From IMG/VR virus record IMGVR_UViG_3300024358_000010: a DNA stretch of 64,000 nucleotides. The stretch is one strand, 5' to 3'. The position numbers and the translations under genes were made by a program. The notes below the pieces were generated by a model, which saw only the letters and a program-made list of their open reading frames with translations, made no database searches and was not told the origin of the DNA. The stretch is from a virus. Within the stretch, counting starts at the first letter, position 1. Every line of letters begins with the position of its first letter. Positions 56,435-64,000 of the stretch are shown here, piece after piece.

Positions 56435-57337
56435 ATGAGCAACATAATTAACAGCACTATCAGCCAAAATGCGTTTTGGATGGTGAATAAAAAACTAGCT
56501 CGATATCTTCAAAGCAACGATGCCGCGCTGCTTCTGGCAGATCTGATTGCCAGAAGAGAATTCTTTAGCGGGCGAAACGATCTTGATGAAGAGGGCGGTT
56601 TTTTTGCTCTATCAGAGACGCTTGAAGAAGAACTTAACCTTACCAAAGAAGCGCGCCAGAAGCTTACTAAGCAACTTGAAATAGTTGGTTTCTTAGTTGT
56701 CAAGAAAAAGGGACTGCCCTCTAAGAACTACTATTACGTGCAGGATAATGAGATCGTTAAGGTTCTTGGAGAAGATGTTAAAAAGTCTAATGATTATCAG
56801 TGGGCTGAAAAATCAGCCCAGTACAAGGCTGAAACCTCACCCGACTACAGGGCTGAAAACAACGCCGCTAATAAGAATAAAGAGAATAAGAAGAGAGAAG
56901 AGAAGACGAAATTTTCGCAGGATGACATTTACCGGAAGTGGCTAAGCGAAGTTCCTGAAAGACCAGATTTCAAGGCTTGCTACGAAGAGCTCCTGGTGCT
57001 CTTTGAGTCCCTAAAGACATCTGGCTACTCAGGCGGAGATATCGCGCCTTCCTTCAAGAAAAAGGTTCTTCGCCGCTGGGAAAGATCTAAGTTTCCGCAG
57101 CGCCACGAGGACTGGTGGGAAAAGGCTGTCGGTGCCACTTTTGGCTCTGATATCGAGCTCGCTGTTCCTGAAGTTAAAGAGGAAAAGGGTGTAAAAGTAA
57201 CACGAATAGACGGACAAATATCCATAGACGCGGCGCTCAAGATGGCCACGGATGATTCTGTGATAGAAGAGATGATGCGCGAGTACGAGAGGATCCGCTC
57301 AAGCGGGCCTCGAGAAGGAGTGTTAGATGACGAGTGA
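56435..57337 (+). CDS. Replication initiator-like protein (N-terminal winged helix)
   Basis: AALLLADL...GGFF...LEEELNLT...QLEIVGFLVVKKKGLPSKNYY; between primase and helicase; internal repeats. Confidence 0.65.
   Translation: MSNIINSTISQNAFWMVNKKLARYLQSNDAALLLADLIARREFFSGRNDLDEEGGFFALSETLEEELNLTKEARQKLTKQLEIVGFLVVKKKGLPSKNYYYVQDNEIVKVLGEDVKKSNDYQWAEKSAQYKAETSPDYRAENNAANKNKENKKREEKTKFSQDDIYRKWLSEVPERPDFKACYEELLVLFESLKTSGYSGGDIAPSFKKKVLRRWERSKFPQRHEDWWEKAVGATFGSDIELAVPEVKEEKGVKVTRIDGQISIDAALKMATDDSVIEEMMREYERIRSSGPREGVLDDE
56802..56906. repeat. Iteron-like repeats plus A-rich tract (candidate origin)
   Basis: ggctgaaa at 56803, 56827 and 56851 (24-bp period), then a purine/A-rich run. Confidence 0.55.
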
Positions 57338-58391
57338 GCTCAAGATAAACTCAAGGGTCGATTTATTCGAGGCCAAGCAAGAGCTCGAGAAAGCTCGAGT
57401 TCAAGAAGGTCTGGCAAAACTCAACCAGAAGAAGGTTCTGCAGGAAAGATTAGAGAACTACTCGCTGAGTGAGATTGAGGCTAGAAAAGGTCTCAATAAC
57501 GCCAAAAGATTGGTTGGCGTTCTAGAGAGGGATGCCGATTTGATAAGGAAGGCGGTTCCGTTCATCAACGGTGCCTTGAGCACTATTTGTCCACTATGCC
57601 CTGGTGGTATTTATTTGATGGGTGCTGCTTCTGGTACTGGTAAGTCAACTACTACAGCAGCTATTGCGCACGCTTTATATGCGCAGGGGTTGAAGACCTT
57701 CATCGTCTCTAACGAGGAGACGGAAGCTAAGATAATGGCCAGGATCGCATGCGTAGAGCTGGATATTGACTTTAACCTCTACGTGCAAGATAAATTACCT
57801 GCGTCATACCGCAAACAGGTCGCGCACAAGATCCTAGAGATTGAGCCGTACGTCACCGTTATGGACGACCCGATCGCGAGTACGACTCTTGAGAAGATTG
57901 AGTCTGTCCTTAAAGAGGTTAATGACTCTGGAAATTATAGCTGCGTGATTGTCGATTTTTTGCAGAGGATCAATAAGTCTATAGTAGTGCCGAGTATTGA
58001 AAGAACTGACGCACTTTATAGGTTTAAAGATATCGCAACCGATTATGCCCAGCACGCCAAAGTTCCAGTAATCGTGATGACTCAGTTAGTCCCACTATCA
58101 TCTGACGAGACCGAGCGTAATTTTGAGAGCCGCATCAAATGGGCAAAAGGCTGGATTGAAGCCGCCGCAGCAGCCATAGAGATCATCAAAATCAAAGGCA
58201 TACCAGTCTCCACATTCTATGTTGCCAAAGGGCGATTCTCTAAAGCAGAAGTGTCTGTGTCGTGCAAATACGAAAATGGAAAGTTTACTTACGTCTCTAA
58301 GTCTGAGCTTCAGGATATCAAAGATCAGTCTCAGCTAGACGCGATAAACGACCTTACATCTAGGATGGATAAGAACGATGAAGATGCTTAA
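57327..58391 (+). CDS. dnaB: DnaB-like replicative helicase
   Basis: AASGTGKS, SNEE, VIVDFLQ, MTQL, KGRF. Confidence 0.7.
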   Translation: MTSELKINSRVDLFEAKQELEKARVQEGLAKLNQKKVLQERLENYSLSEIEARKGLNNAKRLVGVLERDADLIRKAVPFINGALSTICPLCPGGIYLMGAASGTGKSTTTAAIAHALYAQGLKTFIVSNEETEAKIMARIACVELDIDFNLYVQDKLPASYRKQVAHKILEIEPYVTVMDDPIASTTLEKIESVLKEVNDSGNYSCVIVDFLQRINKSIVVPSIERTDALYRFKDIATDYAQHAKVPVIVMTQLVPLSSDETERNFESRIKWAKGWIEAAAAAIEIIKIKGIPVSTFYVAKGRFSKAEVSVSCKYENGKFTYVSKSELQDIKDQSQLDAINDLTSRMDKNDEDA

Positions 58392-58695
58392 GATTTTAGT
58401 ATTTAGTTTTATGATGTCCGGGTGCGTCACAATCGTCAGGAATGAGTGCGCGGAAGATGCTTTCTTAGATGATGAAGTTCTATTCCGCAAAGGCGATAGA
58501 GTTTCTATATCTTATGAAGATAAATACTCTTTCTATAAAGAGAGCTGCTTAACCAGAGGTAAAGTCCTGGATATCGCGGGCTGGGAAAAAGGCATTCTTT
58601 ATTACCAGGTTGAGACCGCATGCTCAGATCTTGAGGGTACAAATTACGTACGCAGATCATTCAAGATTCCGCAGAATCTATTGCATAAGGTTTGA
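58378..58695 (+). CDS. Putative lipoprotein
   Basis: MKMLKILVFSFMMSG-C lipobox. Confidence 0.55.
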   Translation: MKMLKILVFSFMMSGCVTIVRNECAEDAFLDDEVLFRKGDRVSISYEDKYSFYKESCLTRGKVLDIAGWEKGILYYQVETACSDLEGTNYVRRSFKIPQNLLHKV

Positions 58696-58699
58696 CATC

Positions 58700-58912
58700 A
58701 TGAAGTTCTTCGTAACGGTTTTATTCTTGGCCACGCTCACAGCAATGCTGATATCGCTCGGCGGATGTGCGACTAGAGAGTACACGATGCTGACCAAGCA
58801 AGTTGGCGAGTATGGGATTCAGCGCTTCGAAGATAAAGATAAGAATGTGGTCTGCTACGTCTACCGCGATGCCGATAACGGCGCGATGTCTTGCCTGAAG
58901 AGTGTAAAATGA
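58700..58912 (+). CDS. Putative small lipoprotein
   Basis: MKFFVTVLFLATLTAMLISLGG-C lipobox. Confidence 0.55.
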   Translation: MKFFVTVLFLATLTAMLISLGGCATREYTMLTKQVGEYGIQRFEDKDKNVVCYVYRDADNGAMSCLKSVK

Positions 58913-59241
58913 GTCCGATGTGGATGCTTATTTTAGGTACGATAGTGTACTCCGCGTACGCTTGGCTGACCTTTAAGCCAGAGCTGAAGGTATCGGCTTA
59001 TTTGATCCCGATCGGACTTTTTTTAGCAATTTTTGGTAATTTACTATGGATCTTGCTGGCCCGTAGTACGCAAGATCCAGCTAAATTGATCGTTTACGGG
59101 ATGCTCTGGGACACGATGATCACGCTGACTTTCCTGTTGGTTCCTATGGTGTTCTTTGGCGTAAGATTTACTGCGGTTGGTGGAGTAGGGTGTGGTTTGG
59201 TTGTGGTTGGGCTTTTAATGATGAAGTTGGGGACGGTCTGA
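58909..59241 (+). CDS. Four-TM small membrane protein (SMR/DMT-like)
   Basis: Four hydrophobic helices; GxGxxxxG in the last helix. Confidence 0.6.
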   Translation: MSPMWMLILGTIVYSAYAWLTFKPELKVSAYLIPIGLFLAIFGNLLWILLARSTQDPAKLIVYGMLWDTMITLTFLLVPMVFFGVRFTAVGGVGCGLVVVGLLMMKLGTV

Positions 59242-59354
59242 TGCCTAGCGACAGTAAATACGATTATTTGTTCGAGTGGGCGATGCTGATGACTGTTAGA
59301 AAGCTGAAAGTCTGCACGCGGCGAACGACCAACAACGCGAGATACGTGAAATGA
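59241..59354 (+). CDS. Small hypothetical protein (37 aa)
   Basis: Stop/start overlaps on both sides. Confidence 0.4.
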   Translation: MPSDSKYDYLFEWAMLMTVRKLKVCTRRTTNNARYVK

Positions 59355-59515
59355 GCTCTTACCGTTATGAGCATCCAGTATTTGGCATAATGAACTTCTT
59401 CTTGAAGGCTAGAATTATTCCGCTTCGGTCTCGAGTAAAATTCATGCGGACAGCGATTGAGTTATTGATTGATGAAGACGCGACGAATTGGTGGATAAAT
59501 AAGGGCAAGAGATGA
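59351..59515 (+). CDS. Small hypothetical protein (54 aa)
   Basis: ATGA-coupled on both sides. Confidence 0.45.
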   Translation: MSSYRYEHPVFGIMNFFLKARIIPLRSRVKFMRTAIELLIDEDATNWWINKGKR

Positions 59516-59652
59516 GAGAGTTGGATCTCAAGATCTTCAAGGACCGTATCGAAGTGATGGGTTTTTCTTTTATTCTTCGCAAGTTGCGCGTGTCTGGTGA
59601 ATTTAACTTTGGTAAGTTACAGGCTCTTTACGTAAAGAGTGAATGGGGTTAA
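59512..59652 (+). CDS. Small hypothetical protein (46 aa)
   Basis: ATGA-coupled; ends 1 nt before the next ATG. Confidence 0.45.
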   Translation: MRELDLKIFKDRIEVMGFSFILRKLRVSGEFNFGKLQALYVKSEWG

Positions 59653-59653
59653 T

Positions 59654-60640
59654 ATGAAATTTAATAAAATTAAGGTTCTTTATAAGAAGAAACTTGAAGA
59701 AGGGCTTGAATTACCGATGACAGGTAATTCGTACTTTTTTGCAGGCGATGAGCTTATCATCTACAACATAGAGTCAGACAAGATAGATCTGGAATCTTCT
59801 TCAGAAGATCCGATGCTAGAAGTTTTAAAAGAACAAATTAATAAGCAATTAAGAGAAGAGCAAGAGTTTCTATATAAATTTCAAATACGAACCGGTCAGC
59901 ATCTTTTTCATGCTGAAGACGGTATGACAGTTCTTCCGGTTGCAGATGAAGCATTTTTTGAGACTTCGACATCTAAAAAAATGGAAGTTTTATTTAAAAA
60001 CTTCTTTGATAAATCTCACGATGTAAACGAAAAATATAAAAAGAATAAAAGGGCTTATTTGCTTTACTCTGAGCCAGGTATGGGTAAATCTGCTCTAATA
60101 AGACATTTTTGTAAAAAAGCACTAAATGAGACTGGAACCGCGGTTATTCATACTAGTGGTGAGGTTGATTTTCAGAAAATTACTAATATTTTTCTTAAAC
60201 CGTATGCAGAAGACGTCAAGAAGATTATTTTAGTTATTGAGGATTTTGGTAAGAAAGATTACGGTTCAAATACTAATGTTTTCAACCCGTCCTGCCTTAA
60301 CTTCTTAGATGGTGTATCTGGCCTTTTTAGGGTTCCTACGCTAATTTTGTGCACAACTAACTTCATAAAAGAACTTGGACCCCAGTTAACCAATCGTCCT
60401 GGCCGCTTCAGCAAACTTATTCAAGTTCTTCCACCGTCAGATGACGAGGTGTTTGCTCTGATAGAAGGCATTTCTGATGTAAAGCTAACAGACAAGCAAA
60501 AATCTGCTTTTCGTGGACTTAAAATGAGCCCAGACCACATCGTCGAGGCATTGGTTAGACATGAACTTGAAGGTGTGCCATTAGAGCATGCAGCTCAAGA
60601 GGTGATGCAAGAGCGCGCTGGTCTTACGCAGTGGAATTAA
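59654..60640 (+). CDS. AAA+ ATPase
   Basis: YSEPGMGKS, LVIEDF, LNFLDG, TTN, NRPGRF. Confidence 0.85.
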   Translation: MKFNKIKVLYKKKLEEGLELPMTGNSYFFAGDELIIYNIESDKIDLESSSEDPMLEVLKEQINKQLREEQEFLYKFQIRTGQHLFHAEDGMTVLPVADEAFFETSTSKKMEVLFKNFFDKSHDVNEKYKKNKRAYLLYSEPGMGKSALIRHFCKKALNETGTAVIHTSGEVDFQKITNIFLKPYAEDVKKIILVIEDFGKKDYGSNTNVFNPSCLNFLDGVSGLFRVPTLILCTTNFIKELGPQLTNRPGRFSKLIQVLPPSDDEVFALIEGISDVKLTDKQKSAFRGLKMSPDHIVEALVRHELEGVPLEHAAQEVMQERAGLTQWN

Positions 60641-60671
60641 TTTAAATAAAATAACATTATTGGGATCGTTG

Positions 60672-60938
60672 ATGAGTACTTACCTCAAGGCACAAGAAGA
60701 CGGCAGAAGAAAACGCGCGAAGACGAAAGAGGATCTGCGGATTAAGTTTGCGGGTGACGCTTTGGTTGGGCTTTTAAGCACGCAAGGCTATACCGCCAAC
60801 AATGAAGAAGATCTGGCTCGGGATTGCGTGGTAATCGCGGAGGCGATGGTTCGCGCTCTAGGTTATTCGTATGAGGTTAAGCCGTCTCCTTTAAGTGACG
60901 AGGAGAAGGTTGCGCTTGCTGAGGATGGTGAGGTATGA
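60672..60938 (+). CDS. Hypothetical protein
   Basis: LRIKFAGDALVGLL...IAEAM phage-type helical module. Confidence 0.55.
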   Translation: MSTYLKAQEDGRRKRAKTKEDLRIKFAGDALVGLLSTQGYTANNEEDLARDCVVIAEAMVRALGYSYEVKPSPLSDEEKVALAEDGEV

Positions 60939-61309
60939 GTTCTCAGCGAGAACTAGTACAGGCGATGATCCGCAGAAGAGTCTCGCGGGCTAAAAAGATG
61001 AAAGAAGAAAAGATCGGTCTCACTGCTCGTGAGATCGTTTTTAAGTTTTTAGAAGAGTTTGACGAGCAACTTCAGGCAAGCCGCTCAGTTGTTGAAAAGT
61101 ATTGGTTAATAGAATCGGAGGCTCACAAACTCTTAGCTTCAATTAGAAGGATTGATCCTGACGTTGAGATTGAGCTCGTATGGTTTGGAGATGATATCCA
61201 AAACATGCGTCTAGAAGGCGTTAGGATACACTGGGGCGACGAATATAGAGTTCGCACCCAAACTGATGCTGAAGAGTTGATAGATCTAACTTCTATATTA
61301 TTTGGTTGA
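60935..61309 (+). CDS. Hypothetical protein
   Basis: 124 aa, ATGA-coupled. Confidence 0.6.
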   Translation: MSSQRELVQAMIRRRVSRAKKMKEEKIGLTAREIVFKFLEEFDEQLQASRSVVEKYWLIESEAHKLLASIRRIDPDVEIELVWFGDDIQNMRLEGVRIHWGDEYRVRTQTDAEELIDLTSILFG

Positions 61310-61314
61310 GTTTA

Positions 61315-61356
61315 AAATAAAGCACGACATAGATAAAACTGTGTCGTGCTTTATTT
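61315..61356. terminator. Bidirectional terminator between convergent blocks
   Basis: aaataaagcacgaca...tgtcgtgctttattt inverted repeat. Confidence 0.8.
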
Positions 61357-61370
61357 ACCGTAAATAGTGA

Positions 61371-61997
61371 TTATATCTTAATAACGTATTTTACACCTTT
61401 ATTCATTGGACGAGTTTCATTGTCGCCTGTGATAGTTTGAGCAGCAGCTGTACCTGCAGCAGTTACTGAGTGTGTGTGTGTACCGCCAAAAGATCCAAGA
61501 TTCATTGGCGTACCACCTGCGCCCGATGCACTTCGACCGCCTGCAAAGCCAGTTTTAGATCCTACACCTTCCCATGCGTAGTCTTGCCAATCAAAGTTAG
61601 TATAGGTTGAGTTATTGCCAGATGTAACAGCACTTCCAGTTAGGGCTGAAGAAGTATTGCTTAACCCGTTTTTAGCAGTTTTTTCAGCTTGATGACCGCC
61701 TAGCGTTACCGGATCTTTTCCAGTGGGTGTTCCGATACCTCGCAGAAATGAGCCGCGGTAGTCTGGCAGACGAAATTTTCCAGCCGCGGGTGTCCCGTAT
61801 GCTACTCCAGTTATAGGATTGATTTGCGTATTGTAAGTGTTTTGAATTGTTGCATAAAGAAGCGGATAATCTGCTTGATTAACTTCTGATCCATCGCACT
61901 CAAGAAATCCAGCAGGCACCGCATTGCCTGCGTATGGAAATATTAGGCCGCTTGGAAGAAAGTTAGTACTATTAAATGTTAATGCACTATTTGACAT
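61371..61997 (-). CDS. Phage tail-collar domain protein
   Basis: GLIFPYAG..VPAGFLECDGS...FRLPDYRGSFLRG...ETRPMN. Confidence 0.85.
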   Translation of the reverse strand: MSNSALTFNSTNFLPSGLIFPYAGNAVPAGFLECDGSEVNQADYPLLYATIQNTYNTQINPITGVAYGTPAAGKFRLPDYRGSFLRGIGTPTGKDPVTLGGHQAEKTAKNGLSNTSSALTGSAVTSGNNSTYTNFDWQDYAWEGVGSKTGFAGGRSASGAGGTPMNLGSFGGTHTHSVTAAGTAAAQTITGDNETRPMNKGVKYVIKI

Positions 61998-62027
61998 AAA
62001 TTACTCCAATTAAATGTCTAATGAGTT

Positions 62028-62276
62028 TTACTCAGAAACTTCTTCTGTTAAAGGAGCCTCTACCGGAGGTATAGCTTCTGGTGCCGGTGACCATATTGAC
62101 ATTGGTGCATTTTCAGCACGCTGTGCCATGACCATCTCTAAAACGCGCTCGAAGTGCTCATCGTCAATCTCAACCTCCATGTCTTCTTCTGCGCGCACGG
62201 CGAAACCGTGCTCTCCGCAGACATGGGTGCCCTCTTTAGACCAAAGATATTCATTTTTATAAAGCTGAAGTTTCAT
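62028..62276 (-). CDS. Small acidic protein (possible fibre assembly chaperone)
   Basis: AGGAG RBS; lies between two collar genes. Confidence 0.5.
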   Translation of the reverse strand: MKLQLYKNEYLWSKEGTHVCGEHGFAVRAEEDMEVEIDDEHFERVLEMVMAQRAENAPMSIWSPAPEAIPPVEAPLTEEVSE

Positions 62277-62286
62277 TCTGATCTCC

Positions 62287-62928
62287 TTAGATCTTGATGA
62301 TAGCATTTACAGATATATTGATTGGGCGAGTTTCAGCGTCACCCGACACGGTCAGTGTGTGACCATGTCCAGATCCTACGTTATCCGTGGTTCTAGATTG
62401 CGTTCCGTTAGTGCCAATATTTGAACTGTCAACGCTTTGATATGCACCGCCGGACGCTGTTACGTTATATTTCCAACGGTCAGCGGGTATTCCGTGTGTG
62501 TGTGTGCCATCTGAACCTGATGTAGTAGCTCCCAACCCATTTTTTGCTGTGGCTTGTGCTTGCGTGCTTCCAAATAATCGTCCAGTATCTCGGTTTGCTG
62601 CACCAGCAGCTGGAGTACCAGAAACGCCTTGAGTTCCCATGCTATCATTGAAGCGCGGAAAACGACCGCGAAGATCTGGAAGGTTGAAGGTGGTGGAACC
62701 ATCACCCGAGCCGTAGGGAAATGTCGTTCCATTGGCAGTTAAGACGGCAAACAGACTTGCAAAAGTAGTGCGCGAAACCGCAGAGCCGTCGCACAAGAGC
62801 CATCCATTGGGCGCGTTGCTTGCACCGTACGGAAGAATTACACCTGTCGGCATGATAGATGCAGTACCGCCAGCTTGCTGAGAAGCTGCCTGGTCTGCGA
62901 CTGTTGCTAATAGTGATACGTTAGCCAT
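62287..62928 (-). CDS. Phage tail-collar domain protein
   Basis: PNGWLLCDGSAVSRTTFASLF...GDGSTTFNLPDLRGRF...ETRPIN. Confidence 0.88.
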   Translation of the reverse strand: MANVSLLATVADQAASQQAGGTASIMPTGVILPYGASNAPNGWLLCDGSAVSRTTFASLFAVLTANGTTFPYGSGDGSTTFNLPDLRGRFPRFNDSMGTQGVSGTPAAGAANRDTGRLFGSTQAQATAKNGLGATTSGSDGTHTHGIPADRWKYNVTASGGAYQSVDSSNIGTNGTQSRTTDNVGSGHGHTLTVSGDAETRPINISVNAIIKI

Positions 62929-62967
62929 ATGCTTTTATCCTTTTAGTTAAGTGAATTAATATAAAAA

Positions 62968-64000
62968 TTATGCAATGCGAGTTGCTACAATTTTGCCCCT
63001 AGCTGCGGCTGTCCCAGAAGAGAGGGTTATGGCTTGCCTCAAAAATACTGATTTTGTTCCATCTGTAGCAACAACGTACCCAGGAATAGAGCTATATGCT
63101 CCACCTCTGATTGCTGCGCCTTGTGTTACAAACGCCAACACTCCAGAATTGTCTCCGTTTGTTGCAATTGTTGGAGTAAATGTGCTGTCATTATATTTTG
63201 CGTTTGCCATAAATATCGCGCCAGCATTTACGCCAGAAGCTTCGATGTTCCAAACGTAAAACTCAACTTTCCAAACCCCTGCGCTTGTAATTGGCAATGT
63301 GGCGAGTGTTAAAGTCACACCGCCAGTTGTGCTTGTGGTTAATTCAGAACCTAAAACTGAAAGCTGTTCACCAATATATCCAGCTGGAATAATTCCGCTC
63401 GTATCGCCCTTAATTAGAGCCCCACCGTCGAGCGTCTTTTTCCCCGCAAACGTCTGCGCACCCGTAGTTACAGTACCTTGCGCTGTTGCAGATGCTGCGG
63501 TAACATTTGCGCCATCTACGCTTAATGGGAAATTCGTACCAACCGCTGGAGCATTTAGTGCATAGTTGAAAGATGCCGAAACATAACCGGCAATACTGGG
63601 AAGCGTCATTCTTACGTAGTTGCTTGCATAGCTTACCGAGAAACCCGATGGCGGTGTGTCGCCTGAGGTTTGATACGATACGTTGTAGTCGGTGCCTGCG
63701 CCGTTTTTAGAGAACTGGATCGAGATATAAAACCGCAAGTCAGTCGTGCCGTCGATGTACACCCAACCAACCATTTCTCCTGCGTCGTATGCTGGAGCCA
63801 CCAGTTGAACGTTCGTGGTTGCGTTGTTTGGCAAGCTGATTTGTGTTCTCGCGTTTGCTCCACCAACGACTACGCCGCGGTAGTTAAGCACATATGCGCT
63901 TGTTGCAGAATCAGCAATAAGCATTGGTTTGGAAATACTGCCAATCGTTGTTGGTTCATTTACCGTCAGTCCGCCGGCTACAGAATCAGACAAGAAATAA
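62968..64000 (-). CDS. Tail fibre protein, C-terminal part (starts beyond the right edge)
   Basis: Frame open to the edge; YFLSDSVAGGLT..EP...SKP and GAQTFAGKKT fibre motifs. Confidence 0.75.
   Translation of the reverse strand, partial: YFLSDSVAGGLTVNEPTTIGSISKPMLIADSATSAYVLNYRGVVVGGANARTQISLPNNATTNVQLVAPAYDAGEMVGWVYIDGTTDLRFYISIQFSKNGAGTDYNVSYQTSGDTPPSGFSVSYASNYVRMTLPSIAGYVSASFNYALNAPAVGTNFPLSVDGANVTAASATAQGTVTTGAQTFAGKKTLDGGALIKGDTSGIIPAGYIGEQLSVLGSELTTSTTGGVTLTLATLPITSAGVWKVEFYVWNIEASGVNAGAIFMANAKYNDSTFTPTIATNGDNSGVLAFVTQGAAIRGGAYSSIPGYVVATDGTKSVFLRQAITLSSGTAAARGKIVATRIA

Noticed and set aside
61371-64000. Diversity-generating retroelement or invertible fibre cassette at the paired collar genes
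   Set aside because: No reverse transcriptase, recombinase, adenine-variant repeat pair or inverted crossover sites seen; similarity is ordinary paralogy.

Overview
This window is part of a large dsDNA tailed-phage genome. It is densely coding, about 45% GC by eye, uses the standard genetic code, and shows no rRNA, tRNA or CRISPR array. From about 55.2 kb down to 1 the genes are on the minus strand. They include replication, recombination and nucleotide genes (SF2 helicase, dUTPase, degenerate methyltransferase, GroEL, SbcC, RuvC, DnaE with a fused exonuclease, SSB, RecA, SbcD), then packaging and head genes (TerS, TerL, portal, prohead protease, scaffold, SPO1/Twort-type major capsid protein, a cluster of modular internal-head-like proteins, neck protein), and finally fibre genes. 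A plus-strand block at 55.3-61.3 kb holds primase, an initiator with iteron-like repeats, a DnaB-like helicase, lipoproteins and an AAA ATPase, and converges on tail-collar/fibre genes at the right edge. The main result is that the terminase large subunit is split into two genes that carry the two halves of a naturally split intein (IntN 86 aa, IntC 44 aa). The gap between them holds a minimal ASFV-size PolX and a head-motif protein, not a homing endonuclease. Other notable signals are a shared L-x-K|A/S propeptide motif and an NGQW motif in head-associated proteins, a structured ~200-nt intergenic RNA candidate, a lambdoid-style origin, and a candidate periplasm-spanning protein. All calls come from motif recognition only; no searches were run.
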